A stretch of 63,910 nt of DNA, the filler included, from Fonticula-like sp. SCN 57-25 (Eukaryota), in NCBI GenBank assembly GCA_001724245.1. It is 11 parts of 11 records of this genome, joined end to end, with 100 filler letters (N's around TTAATTAATTAA, not from the genome) between each part and the next. Parts side by side here need not be neighbours in the genome. Positions count along the whole stretch, not along the records: positions 11,422 to 17,021 come from MEDX01000542.1; positions 17,122 to 22,714 come from MEDX01000543.1; positions 22,815 to 28,405 come from MEDX01000544.1; 8 more parts are not named here. One strand, given 5' to 3'. Of the stretch, positions 12,332-25,102 are shown one piece after another. Below the pieces are notes generated by a model. The model worked only from the letters and a program-made list of their open reading frames with translations. It did no database searches and was not told the origin of the DNA. The stretch's first letter is position 1. Each line of letters opens with the position of its first letter. The position numbers were made by a program, and so were the translations under genes.

Positions 12332-12788
12332 TTTCTCCAGTTTGCTGTCTGTGAGCGACGCGCAACAAGTTGTTCAAGGCAAACAAAATAAACGCTTTGC
12401 AAAATGTCTCTGACCGGCAATAAAGCAGACGGAAACACTGACCATCAACCTGATCCACTCAACATTGATCCGGTTTTCTGATTGTCAATCAGATCGACCA
12501 GAGGTTGATGAAATTTCCTGACCTGCAACAAACAGACCCGTTATCAGACTGGAAAGTCTATCTTCATTTCAATTTTCAATGGCCAAAACAAAAATTGAAA
12601 CATGTTACCAATAACTGGGTAGCACCTAATTAACCAGCAGTAAAAAACATTGATTTCTTGCAAAACTAAACAACAATAAACCTCAAACCAGGACAATCTT
12701 CTTAAAAATATTCTGCACACTACAGACTAGTGTGTATTTTTCACTGGTCAACCTTTCTGAACGCGTGTTGCTGCTCAAGACAGAAGCG

Positions 12789-14355
12789 ATGATTCGAAGT
12801 ACGAACAACGAAACGGGCACGCCGACACCGCACCCGGATGACCCGGTCATCGAAGAAGAGAATATTTACGCGCAGCCGTCTGCCCCTGCAGCGCCTCCTG
12901 CATCACCGTTGCCGGAGCAACAAGAATCGCGCGCCAACGAATCTGCACCGTCACCCGCTGCGCAGCAGATGCAGGGCGGAAGCCAGCAGCCAATGTTCGA
13001 ATGTAACATATGTTTTGATCAAGCGACTGAACCGGTGATCACCGTCTGTGGGCATTTGTTCTGGTACGAATTCATTCGCGGTGAGATTCTTGGCAATTTT
13101 CTTCTAACAACAAATTTGCTCATTTGCTCAACAGTTGGGCGTGTTTGTACAAGGTATGCACCACAGTATGAAGTGTGAAAATTGTGGTACTGTGTGAACT
13201 GTGAAAATTATGGTTCTGGTTCTTGTTGTGTTGATATTGGTTGCGAATTGCTGTCTGTGTGGTACTATTTCTTATCATTTGTCCATTACAACTTGTTGTT
13301 TGTGTGGAATTGATTGTTTCTTGTCAATGCAACTTGTTGTTTGTGTGGTACTGCTTCTCTTGCTTGTTACCATTTGTCTAATGCAATTTGTTGCCTGTCT
13401 ATCCAATGCAACTTGCTGCTTGTGTTTTATTGACTGATATATGTGTTGTATTGACTACCACCCGTATTTTATTGACTGATATCCGTATTTTATTGTTTAC
13501 TACATTGTTTGTGTTTTTACGTGCATTCTGGAACATTGTCAGTGGCTGGAGTCGCAACAGGCTGCTTCACAGACGTGTCCAGTGTGTAAAGCTGGAATTG
13601 AGCGAGATAAAATCATCCCCATTTACGGAAGAGGCAAGTCTGCACCTTCTGCAGATGTGAACCAGGCACCGAGTGGAAGTGAGAGCAGCAGCATTCCAAA
13701 TAGACCAATGGGACAGCGTCCACCAGCACCAGTACGTGTGTTTCCGGTAATTGATTGACCAAACAAACTAATATGCTTCCATATTGTCTACATTATCTGA
13801 TTAATTGACTTGTGGACTAACTGTGCAGCCCAATCCAAACTTCCAGTCACCACATGCAAACCATCCGTTTGGTATGTTTGCAAGTTTGCTGGGCAATAAT
13901 GGAAATTTTCACTTCTCAGAAGCATTCAATTTTTTCCCAATGTTTGGCACTGGCTTCAGCTGGAGTTTCACGTGGCCACCCACCAGGGCTCAGAATAATC
14001 AACAGGCACGCAATATTCCCCAAGGTATGTGTGACAGGTGTGTGACAGATTGTGTGTATGACTGGTTGTATGTCTGTGTGGCTGGTGTGTGTGACTGGTT
14101 GTATGTCTGTGTGACAGATTGTATGTGCAACTTACTGTATTTGTGATTGTATTTACTGCTGCATCTGTGAGTGACTGATTGTATCTGCCTGTGACTGATT
14201 GTATCTGTCTGTGACTGTGCACCAATTGAAAATCCACAACTTACCCTCAAATTTCTATTGCACACCACCAAGATGTCTCTGAGCAAAAGTTACTGCTCGC
14301 CCGTTTCATGATCCTACTGGGCATCATTGTGCTCTTGTACATCATTTTGCAATAA
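12789..14355 (+). CDS. RNF5/RNF185 (RMA1-type) RING E3 ligase with C-terminal TM anchor
   Basis: [29 protein letters not shown]|WL...CPVCKAGIERDKIIPIYGRG...IPNRPMGQRP; micro-exon ~13135-13153; hydrophobic C-terminus ending TAA at 14355. Confidence 0.88.
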
Positions 14356-14507
14356 AAAACAACACGTAACCCAACAATGGCCATTGTACAGCAGTAACTC
14401 TGTTACCCAGTGGTACAACAGAACATCTCATAGTGCACAAAAATAGTATGATGAAAAATGATAAATTTGTTTGTTTGTAACTTATTTCAATGTTGTGACA
14501 AGGTGTT

Positions 14508-15413
14508 TTAACTGTAAAGATTGTCCATTTCTGCCTCCATATTCAATTGCTCATCCAAATTATCGTTGTTGTAGTCGTCATCCCGCCTGTTCCTCATGTA
14601 CCGTGCAGGCATGGTGAACACATGGGTAACTGGGGACTCCTGGGTGTACAGCGCACCCACATACGGGATGACGTTCCAGCGCAACACGAGTGTCACGTTC
14701 TGCGCGCGCAGATGCTGGCCCTGGTCCAGAAGGGCGTACTTGGGCAGCCGGCTCTCCAGGTTCAGCTGGGCCCCTCTGCGCGTGCGGATGATGTGGTCCC
14801 AGAGGACCACCTGGTTCATCGCCGGTTGCTGCTGCTGATCACCTGGGCGCTCGCCGTACTCGGCCGTGAGGAATACGAAAATCTGCTTCACGTTCCAGTG
14901 GAAGTAGCTTCGGAAATCGGCGCGCAAATTGAGGTGAACTAGCGCTCTATCGTTTCTTGTCTGAGTTGGCACACTTTGAGCGAGCGAAAAGTGTAAGAGT
15001 GATTACAGTTGGAGCATAAATAGGTGATAACATGTGAACCGTAAACAAATGATACAATTGGAGCCATAATCACAACAAGTGATTTCATTTGAAGCATAAC
15101 CACAACAAATGATTAAAAGTGAACCGTAAACAGGTGATTACAATTGCAGCCATAATCACAACAAATGATTTCATTTGAAGCATAATCACAAATTCACAAT
15201 ATAATGGATTAGTTGATTGTAATTGCGACCGCAAAAACAAGAACAATTTCTAACGAACAAGTGCGAGATTCGTGCAACGGAGAGGGACGGGGAGAGCACT
15301 TGTGCATCTGAGGCCAGAAAATAGGAGGTGATGGCCAGTGCCGCAGCAACGTAGCCTAACACGGTGAACGAATGGGTGACGACGGCATTGAGACGAGTGC
15401 CCAGGGAGTGCAT
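14508..15413 (-). CDS. SPCS3: Signal peptidase complex subunit SPC22/23
   Basis: MHSLGTRLNAV...TM; LRADFRSYFHWNVKQIFVFLTAEY, NQVVLWDHII, KYALLDQGQHLR, LRWNVIPYVG; one intron ~14975-15255. Confidence 0.92.
15034..15195. repeat. Degenerate tandem repeat (GTGAACCGTAAAC / CATAATCACAACAA units) inside the SPCS3 intron
   Basis: Two ~85-nt near-copies built from ~28-nt subunits, seen directly. Confidence 0.7.
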
Positions 15414-15728
15414 CTCGGATAGGTTGACTGGTTGGGGAAAACTTTTCAAGACGTAATATTAAAAAAATACTTTGTGATACCCCCAAGTGTAGATGGTACA
15501 TAACAAGATGCATGAACTGAGCCAGAATTTACTTTTTCGTTGAAAACACACTTTTTTTTTGTTGTAAATGGATGAGGAGATTGAACGGAATACATGAGAT
15601 TGCTGGATGTGAAGATTGTTGAGGAATGGGAGTTCAATATTCGGCAATCAATGAAAGTTATGGCTACCACAATCATGATACAGCATAACCTGCACATTGA
15701 ACATTGAGTTGGTATACATCCGGAGAAA

Positions 15729-17021
15729 CTATTGTTGTTCCACTTGTTGTTGTTCATTGGACACCGACACTGTGGGCTCAACATCCTGAGTTACTGATCC
15801 TGTGGGTTCAATATCTTGGAGTTCAGTTTCCTTTGCTTGTTCTTGTCTCTTCTTGCGTTCTCTTCTGTATGCTTGGATCTTCTTCCAGATTCTTTCAATC
15901 ATGTTCATCAAGGCTGCGAGAAGCACAAACACTCCACTTGTCAGTGCAAACATCTTGGAGAGTGAATCTGCAATTGTAGTTTTACCGATTTGCTGAATCA
16001 AATAAGCATTGGCATTCAATACCAGTGAAAATTCAACTTTCAAACCCTTCTTTTCAGAAAAATCATCCATTGTTGCCAGAGAACCAGTTACAACTGGATT
16101 GGCTTGCACAGTGTAACCATAGTGAATATCCTTTCTGAAAGAAGACGATAGTTTGGATGGAAGACCAAGGAAGTAATAATCTGTGGGATCGATTCGCTCA
16201 TATTTTGTGAGTGTAACAGAAATGGGGAATTGAGTTGGTTGTTCTCCTCTGAACACAGTACCATCATTAGTGGACTGGAGCACAATGCTGGTATTGGCAC
16301 GTGGTGATTGATCATCAAAGAAGGGTGTTGTAAATGTGTATTCAATTGAAGAGGCCATTACATGCACTTGTTGATAAGAAAATCTTATTACAGATGATGA
16401 ACCCAACATGCAATTAGTGCACGTGAATCTTGCGGAGCAAATTCTATCCGATATGACAAGGTTATTGAAATTCTGAGTTGAAATGTTGCCATTGAAACCG
16501 GAATGGGTAATTTGTGCTGTACAATCACTATCACCGTAATCTCTCAGAGTCAAATCCATACTATAATCACCAACTAATGTATAATTGATATTACTTGCAG
16601 GAACTGCAGAAATAGTCTGTAAAACAACGTTCCCTTTGAACAAATCTGTCACCACAACTATGAAAATAATGCAAAGGAGAACCATGAGAACCATTGTCAT
16701 TACACCACCGAACCATGTTGCATGGTTGATTACAGGTTTCTCAGGCTTCACAAAATGTTTCAGTGAGAAGAAATCCAATGATGCAGTGATGGATTTCAAT
16801 TTGCTGTTATTGAAACGTGCGGATCGATTGGCCACAATCAACAGGATCAAGGAGACAAGGATGAACAACACCAGAACCCCAATTCCAATACCAATTAGTA
16901 CACTTTGTGCTGTTGTGGCTGCACCTCTACTTGAAGCTGATGAAGCATCAGATGGTAATACAGTTGCTGGTTGTGTGCTGATAAACGACTGGTTAATGGA
17001 GTGACGTGGTTTCTGGGAACC
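15729..17021 (-). CDS. Uncharacterised multi-pass membrane protein (three TM segments, N-glycosylated lumenal domain); 5' truncated
   Basis: Long open frame with hydrophobic segments IGIGIGVLVLFILV, VMTMVLMVLLCIIFIVVV and FALTSGVFVLLAALM; many NxS/T sites. Confidence 0.7.
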   Translation of the reverse strand, partial: GSQKPRHSINQSFISTQPATVLPSDASSASSRGAATTAQSVLIGIGIGVLVLFILVSLILLIVANRSARFNNSKLKSITASLDFFSLKHFVKPEKPVINHATWFGGVMTMVLMVLLCIIFIVVVTDLFKGNVVLQTISAVPASNINYTLVGDYSMDLTLRDYGDSDCTAQITHSGFNGNISTQNFNNLVISDRICSARFTCTNCMLGSSSVIRFSYQQVHVMASSIEYTFTTPFFDDQSPRANTSIVLQSTNDGTVFRGEQPTQFPISVTLTKYERIDPTDYYFLGLPSKLSSSFRKDIHYGYTVQANPVVTGSLATMDDFSEKKGLKVEFSLVLNANAYLIQQIGKTTIADSLSKMFALTSGVFVLLAALMNMIERIWKKIQAYRRERKKRQEQAKETELQDIEPTGSVTQDVEPTVSVSNEQQQVEQQ

Positions 17022-17277
17022 NNNNNNNNNNNNNNNNNNNNNNNNNNNNNNNNNNNNNNNNNNNNTTAATTAATTAANNNNNNNNNNNNNNNNNNNNNNN
17101 NNNNNNNNNNNNNNNNNNNNNAATGGCTCACAAATTGGTTATTTTGTAGCAAGTATATTATTATCAATGATCACATGCGAGTGCTTACTTTGAAAGACGA
17201 GATATGGGAAAAATAAGTAAACAACAACGCAAACAGATAGAAAAGGAATCACTTTGTCCTAGTCATACAATGCCTCT

Positions 17278-20200
17278 CTACTTGTTGAACGACGGGGTGT
17301 TGGCCCAGGCGCCCGCGACGCGGACGGCCGGGGCGCTGGCCGACACGTAAAAGAGCGGCCTGGCGGGGGACGGCGGGATCTCGCCCTCCTCGAGGTCCTG
17401 CTCGGGCTCGGGGGTGGCCTCGCGCTCGGGCTCGGCGTTGCGCGCGGCAAACTCCTTGTCGTGGAGCTCGACGAGCTCGAGGAGCGCGGCCTTGACGGCC
17501 TCGAGGTCCACGGCGTCGGAGCGCGGGCGGACCGACACAAAGGCCTCGCGGTGGTCCTTGGGGATCCGGAGCTGCACATCGTGCGCGTCCTGGAACTGGC
17601 GGAGGCGCGAGCCCTCGGGGCCGATGATGTAGGCAAAGTGGATCGGGTCGACGGCCACGCGGAACTCAAACACGAGCTTCTCGATGGCGGCGATGGCGGC
17701 GGCAACCTCCTCGTCGGTGGCGCCGCGGATGTGCACGGTGTCGCTGCCGCGCTTAATGTCCACGCGGACGTTGTGGTCCGACTGGATCTTCTTGACGGTC
17801 TCGCCGCCCTTGCCGATCACAGTGCCCTGCTTGGACTGCGGCACGGTCACCGTCTGGCGAACCTTGAGCGACGCGTTGGCGGCCGAGGCGGCGGCCGAGC
17901 TGGCGGCGCGCGCGACAATGGCCTTGACAGACTCGGCAACCTGGTCCTTGGCGGCGGCAACGTCCGACGCAACACCAGAGAGCGTGTACGTCTCGGTCTG
18001 GTCGTCCTGCGGCGGGCAGGCAAGGCGGACCTTGAGGGCAGTGCAGAGGTCGCGGAGCTCGCCGTTGGAGAGGACCTGGCCGCGGGCGTACACGGGGAGC
18101 TCGCCAGTCTCAGCGGCAACCTCGAGCGCGGCGATCTCGGCGTGCGCAGCCTGGCAGGCAGCGGGCTTGCCGAGGATCACAATCGTCTGCTTGGTGTCGG
18201 TCGAGCGCGGCAGGAAAATGCGCACGCCGTGCTTGTCGCCAATCTCGCGGACAATGCTGCGGATGGCGGCGAGGTCGGCCGGGGGCTCAACCTCGAGACG
18301 CTCCTCGTAGCGCTCCTCGGCAGCCTTGCGGAGGTCCGCCTCGGCCGTCTTCACGGCGGCGGCAAGACCAGTGACGCGCACAATGTCCGGCTCGCCCGTC
18401 TCGGGGAACTTGACCTGCACGCCAGGGTGCGCGGCCTGGAACTCCTGGATGCGGGAGCCCTTGGGGCCAATGAGGGCCGGGTAGACCTTGCGGGGGAGGG
18501 CAAGCTCGACGGTGACCGAGTTGAGCTTGACATGCTGGAGCTCCTTGAGGGCCTTGGCGGCCTTGGCGACAGCGGGCTTCTCGCCAGTGACGAGGACACC
18601 GTCGCCAGACTCGGTAAGGTCGATCTTGACGTTGGCTTCCTGCGCAATCTGGATGAGGGCGCCGCTGCGGCCGTTGCCGTCCTTGAGCGTGGACTTGACA
18701 AAGCTCTTGTCAAGCTCAACGGTCTCCTGGTAGCGGCGCGACTTCTCGAAATCGAGCAGCTCAAGGAGCTCGGCCTTGGCCTTGAGGACGGCCGACTTGA
18801 TACCAGTGATGGTGATCATGTCGCTCTCGCTGTCGTTGCCCGGGAACTGCACATTGACGTTGTGGCGGGCGTTGAGCGAGCGCAGGTTGGCACCCTTGGC
18901 GCCGATGAGGACACCGTGGAAGCGGCGGTCAACCTTGAACTCCTCCGTCGTCATGCCACCGCCCTCGAGGATCTCGCGAGCGCGCTCCTTGATGATCTTG
19001 GCGGCAGCGTTGACGCCCTCCTTGGTACCCTTGATGAAGAACCACTCGTACTCTGCGGGCTTCTCCTCGGTGGTGGCGGCGGCAGCCTTCTTGCCCTTGG
19101 CGGGGGCAGCAGCGGGCGCCTTGGCGTCGGTGCTGGCACCCTTGAGCTTGGCCTCGCGCTCGGCCTTCTGCTCGCCGCGGAGAACGTCAATCTTGGTCTC
19201 GGTCTGCTCGCGAACGCGGTTGAGGGCAACCTCGTTCTTGCCGATAAGGTGCTTGGCAACCTTGGTGTCCACCTTGACCTCGGCAGTGTGGCTGTGAGCC
19301 TCCTCGTGAAGGCGCTGGGCCTCGGCGTGCGCGAGAAGGACCGCGGCGATCGCCTGGTGCTCGTTCTTGGGGGCACGGACCGTGACGATGCCCTCGTCGG
19401 GCTTGGCGACAATGATCGCCTTCTCGTGCTTGGCCAGGATCTCGCTGATCGAGCGGCCAATGCCGGCCTGGTAGGGCGCAGCAATCTGCACGTCAACGCT
19501 GGGGAGGTCAACGAGCTCCTTGATCAGCGTCTGGAAGAAGGTGAAGGCACCGCGCATCTTGTCCTTGGGGCCAGCGAGCACAACCTTGTGGGCACCGCCC
19601 TCCTGGACCGAGAAGACCTCGACGTCAAAGTTCTTCTTGGAAGCAGTGACGTTCTTGTTGTCCTTGCCGAGAACCATCTTGACAATGTCCGAAGGAATCG
19701 TGAGGTCGGCGTAGGCGAGAGCCTTGTACTGGTTGACGAGCTCGACAACCTTGGGGCGCACGGCAGCGACATTGTCGCGCGAGCCGAGAATGTCGACCGA
19801 GCTCGGCGAGACGCTGATGCTCACAAGACCGCCCTCGAGGGCCTGGAGGCGGTCGCGAGCGCTGCGCGCAAGGTAGAGGAGCGCAGACGGGGGCGCGAGC
19901 GGGATCTCCTCGCACGAGGACGAGTTGACCAGCTCCATCACAAGGTTGAGCGCAGCAATGAGGCCAGAGTCGGGGCCACGGATGGTGATCTGGTCCGACT
20001 GGGCCTCAGCCGGGGGCAGCTCGACCTGGCAGCCGGTCTTGCGCTCAATCTCGATGAGGTTGGCGCGCTTGTGGCCGACAAGGACAGGGTGCTGCTTGCG
20101 GGGCTGAGAAACCATGCACGACTTGATGGTGCGGCGCTATCAGTCTCACGTGTTAGCACCGCGGCTAAAACATAATCGCTAAAGTACCTTCTCGGCGATG

Positions 20201-21128
20201 ATCTGCTGCAGCGACTCGACGGCCTTGGCGACGTTGTCGCGATCGCCGTGAACCTTGATAACGTCGCTGTTGTCCTCGGTCGAGATCTTGGTGCCGGTGG
20301 CCTCCTGGAGCTCCTTGAGGGTCTGGTTGTTGGGGCCGCAGACAAAGTACTTGATGTTGGACTCGACGGTCACCGGGACAGTGAGGACCTTGGTGCGCTC
20401 CAAAACAAACGCCTGGAGCGTGCGGATGGCGGCCTGCACGGCAGAGGGCTCGCCGGTAATGACGATCTCGTCAGACTCCTGCTGGACGCCGGGCATCTTG
20501 ATGCGGGCGCCGGTGGCGGTCTGCATGGACTCGAGGTTCTTGCCCTTGGCGCCAATGATGGCGGCGTGGTGCTCACGCGGGACGTTAATGCGGGTGGGGG
20601 CACCGACGCGGGCAAAGAGCTGGCGGCGAGCAGCGGCAATCTGGGACGGGGTACCCTTGATGGTGATGGCAATGGTATCGGCGGCGTTCGGGGCAGCGGC
20701 CTCGAGCGTGGCGCCAGAGTCGCTACCGGCAAAGCGGATGGCATCAGCCAGCTGCTTTCCGTTGGCAGTGCGGTCCGAGGTCAGGAAAACGCGTTCAGCA
20801 GTCTTCTTCTTGTCAGCAAAGGCAGGCTGGGCAGTAGCGCGGGCGGTGGGGACAGCGGGAAGCTAATACCACGGTCATTAGAAAACCGCAACTAGAGCAA
20901 GCAGATTTTGCAGCAACGTACCTTGTCCCAAACGCCACCGGAGAGCTTGCCGCGGGGGGCCGTCGGGGTCGGGAGAGTGGGGAACATGTCAGCATACATC
21001 TCCGCAGCAGTGGCGAGGGCAGGGTCGACAGAGTCAAACTCTTGCTCAGTAACAGCCACAGCGGCAGCAGCGGCGACGGCGGACGAAGCCATCTCATCGT
21101 CGTGAGTCGGAATGTACTCCGAATCCAT
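17278..21128 (-). CDS. Vigilin/Scp160 multi-KH-domain RNA-binding protein
   Basis: Many KH GxxG motifs (IIGAKG, LVGHKR, LIGAKGAN, LIGPKGSRI, VIGKGGETV, IIGPEGSRL); N-terminal MFPTL motif; short introns near 20121-20187 and 20863-20921; strong codon bias. Confidence 0.9.
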
Positions 21129-21804
21129 GACTGCGAGCAATGGTCAGCATGCAAAGCCCAGGGGACAGGAGGACGAACCAGCGAAGGAAAGGATCAAGGG
21201 GGTTGGCAGGAAGAAGACGGGAAGCAGGGACCGAGAACCTGTTCGCGCCAGAGGTCAGTATGCATGTATTAACTAAGCGCAGGTTACGCGTACACGACAC
21301 GAAGCGCTCCTCTGATCCTCTCTTTAGTCGAAGGTAGTTCTTTGTTTCTCCAAAGCGACAACTACGAGCGCGGCGCGTGAGCAATCGCGCTAGAGAACAA
21401 AACTAAAAGCCAAGCCGGTGGCTCTCCCTCCCAACGGGACGTACGCGTGGCTGATGGACTTCCTTGTGAGGGCGACGGCCTGTTCTGACGAGGAACACAC
21501 ACACCCAAAGGATGAAAAGATGAAAATAGAAGACGCGAAAAGGGAAAGAAAAACACGATCAGAGACGTTTTGTGTTTTGAGACGATATCGCAAGCGATAG
21601 GAAACGCTGACTGCGCATGCGCTTTGTGGACCTGCCAGGACCTGTGCTGCGCTGTGATCCCACACGGTCATCGAGGAGACATACTCTGACCGGAACCAAC
21701 GCAAGGCATTAGAGGTAAATATCTTGTATTTAGGTTGAAGGAGAGCTAGGAAACGCCGCGCGGCGGACGATTTATTTATCTAGAAACTCCATATTCTTGC
21801 GGCC

Positions 21805-22449
21805 ATGGACGACGAGTGGCCGCCATACGAGGAAAAGTGGATGCTCGCAGCACTTGAGCTTGCCAATGATGCGTACGGGCTGAAGGAGGTGCCGGTAGGA
21901 TGCGTGCTCGTACATAATGGCGAGATCATCGGGAAGGGGCGGAATCAGCCGAACGCGTCGTGCAATGCCACGCGCCATGCCGAGATCGAGGCTGCCGATG
22001 AGGTGCTTCTCGAGCGCAAGCTTGGAAAGGAAGTGTTCAAGGACGCTGTTCTTTACGTCACCGTTGAGCCATGCGTCATGTGCGCTGCGGCACTGCGCCT
22101 GCTAGGTAGGTCACTGGTGCATGTTTCCATTTTGCTGACGTTTGTGGTGGTCCTAGGGGTACGAAAGTGTTACTATGGGTGCACGAATGAGCGCTTTGGC
22201 GGCTGCGGTTCCGTGCTGGACGTTCACAGCCGACCGGCGCACGATATGAACACGCTAGAATGCAGGAGCGGCTTCTTGCGCGACGAGGCAATCGCGATCC
22301 TTCGTAAATTCTACCTAAACGAGAATTCCAATGGTGCGATACTTTCTCTGCAAAAGGGTATAATGGCCTAACACACATTATGAACAGCCCCTCACCCTAC
22401 AAAGAAACACATGCGACAGGCTCGCGCAAGAGCGGCACTTTCGCAGTGA
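21805..22449 (+). CDS. ADAT2: tRNA adenosine(34) deaminase catalytic subunit ADAT2/TAD2
   Basis: EVPVGCV, ATRHAEIEA, LYVTVEPCVMC, YGCTNERFGGCGSV, FYLNEN; two short introns. Confidence 0.92.
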
Positions 22450-22898
22450 TCATTGTGACGCTGGTTATGAATTTTGCTATTGTATTATACTTGTATATAT
22501 CGTCATCGAAAATGAATACCTTATTTTGGCAGTCTATCACGAACATTATATTCGGCGACATTGCCTCATACCGAGTACACTATAGTTCTACTTTTGGTCG
22601 GGCATCTGCCAACATGAGGCATTACAATCATCAGGCGTGAATCCTGCGTGAAGCAGGATCCGAAGAAATCGGGCAATCGGAACGCGATCTGAAAAAAAAA
22701 AGATTCGGCGGATANNNNNNNNNNNNNNNNNNNNNNNNNNNNNNNNNNNNNNNNNNNNTTAATTAATTAANNNNNNNNNNNNNNNNNNNNNNNNNNNNNN
22801 NNNNNNNNNNNNNNTGAAATCATGTATTCAATCACTGTATTTCAGTAGGAATAATAGTACAGGGCGGTCACCGTGGCGGTGAAGGCATGCAGCAAACA

Positions 22899-24957
22899 TT
22901 ACTGCCTTCCGGCACAAAGGACATTATTATAAAGGTCGGCTGGCGTAGCAATGCGAGTCCCGATCAGGGTGATCTTGGCCATGCCCGCCCTGGCCGCCTC
23001 GGCCCGCACGGCCTGGTGCTCCTCAAACGTGACGCCTCCCACGACCACAATCACCACGTGCTCAAACGCCTCTGGCGTCGCCGGCCCCATCCCCATAAAG
23101 TTCCTGAGCAGCGTGCCCGGGGCCGATGCACTGGGCGAGGCCTCGGGGTCGGCTGCGATCGGCTCGAGGCCGGCGTCCGACGGCTCGCCATTGGCCAGGA
23201 GCGCCGCGAGCGTCTGCAAGAGCGGCCGCACTCTGCCATCGCCGCATAGCCTGCGCAGCGGGCTCGAGTGGTCGAGTGCGATCTTGCGCGCATCCCTGAC
23301 GGCGCGCAGCCGCATGGCGGTTTCGTCGATTGCGTCCGAGACGGTCAGCTCCACCTGCTTGTCCCAGATAGCGTCTGTGATGCCTTCCTTTCGCTCCGGC
23401 AGCGGCGGCATCCACTTGAACGCGCTCGTCAAATTGTTTTGCAGGGACGCAAGGCTGTGCAGCACCTCGATAAAGTGCCGCTCGCCGTCCATCATCTGGT
23501 CGACGTCTTCCTCGTCGCCGAGCAGCGAGTAGACGGCTAGCACGAGCATCATGACATCGGTCAGCGAGAGCGGCCCGCTCCCGCCGGCGGCCACCTTGTT
23601 CAGCTCGTTTGACAGCAGCTCGTGCACGCACAGCGGCTCGTCCATAAACTCTTGCGAGAGCACGCGCAGGGACGAGGCGGCGAGGTCAGGGGACTTGTCG
23701 CCCGCTTCGCCGCTCTGCAGCGCCGCGCAGGCAGTGCGCAAGAGAAACGAGTGTGGTGACGACGGCGACAAAAGGGCAGCGTTCTGCGACGCCTGGGCCA
23801 GCAGCAGGCGGATCGTCGGCAGCGCCGAGCTCAGCGTGGCACGCGGCGCCTTGAAGCCTTCCACCGTGGCCGAAAGGACTTCCATGAGCGACTTGCGGAG
23901 CGCCATCTGTGCTGCGACGACCTTGCCGACGCCGACCGACTGCATCCAGGAAAGCGCAGCACGGTCGCCACCGTGCGCCAAGTGGCCGAGGGCACTGCCG
24001 GCCTCGTCGTCCTTGCCGAGCCCAAACATGGGACCGACGTCAAAGGAAATGTCGCCGCCTGACGCCGAGGAGCTGCCAAACGAGTCATAGAGGCGGTCAA
24101 GGAAGCAGTCGGAGCGCGACAATGGCGTGACCAAGTCAAGCGTCTACGCAAAAGTTAAGCATACAGGCAGCAGCGCGGGGCAGGCGTACACGGTCGACGA
24201 GGACGACGCAGGTGCGCGGAGCCGAGGCGGGCGTCGACGATCGCCGAGCGAGATGATAGTCGGCCAGCACAGAGCCGATCTCCCGGCTCGTTGGGCCCAG
24301 CGCAAAAAACTCTTCGTGCATGGAAAACTGCGCGAGCAGCCCCGAAAGCATATAGGCCGCGCGAATTTGGTTTGCCTCTTCGAGCGGCTCAGCCATCGGA
24401 AAGAGATTTGAAAGAGGATTGAGGATAAACAGCGATTCGGCAAGCGTGCTGAGCGCCATCGGGAGCTGAGACACCTTCACAACCGCCTTGCCTCGGCTAC
24501 GGGTGCCGCTGGCGTCGGGCTGGACAGGCAGATCGGCGGACTGCCCCGCAAGAATGCCGCGCAGCCAATGCTCCACATTGGCAAACAGGCCTTGCTGCTG
24601 GCCCTCGATGGTGACGTGCGCGAGTTCGTCCAGCGCACTATAGACAAAGCAGTCCTGAAAGGTCATAGACATGAGGACGCTCGAGATCTTGTCGCGGCTT
24701 TTTGTCGCGTGCAGTACGTCCTTGAGCAGGAACACGACGCACGGGCTGTCAGGCACAGCCGATGCGGGGAAGGAATGCTCGTCCGGCAGCCGCTTGATGT
24801 TGTGCGGATCGCGCCGCGAAACGAGCCCCGCTATCCCACCGGGCGACGACCATTTAAGCGCGTCCAATATATCATCGTCAACGTAGTATGTCGCGCCTGC
24901 CGGCAGTCTATCCAGCAGCTCGCGCCATGCCTCGGTCACCCTCGTCACGTCCATCAT
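22899..24957 (-). CDS. Sec1-family domain protein, SCFD2/MIP3-like
   Basis: CVVLVDR|.LDLVTPL and the C-terminal VVIVVVGGVTFEE...LIGTRIATP SM-protein motifs; one short intron ~24135-24190. Confidence 0.75.
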
Positions 24958-25102
24958 CAACGATGCAAACTGCCGTGCAAACTGATCATTGATCAAGCGG
25001 AAGCGCCAAAACGGGCGCGAAGCAAAAAGAAAATGTACATAAAGGGTGCTGCATTGTATACACATTGATATACAAAACACTTTGTAATAATATTTCGTTT
25101 TC

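Noticed and set aside
17461-20175. 904-aa plus-strand ORF
   Set aside because: Antisense shadow of the codon-biased vigilin gene; the same applies to most overlapping ORFs in GC-rich contigs
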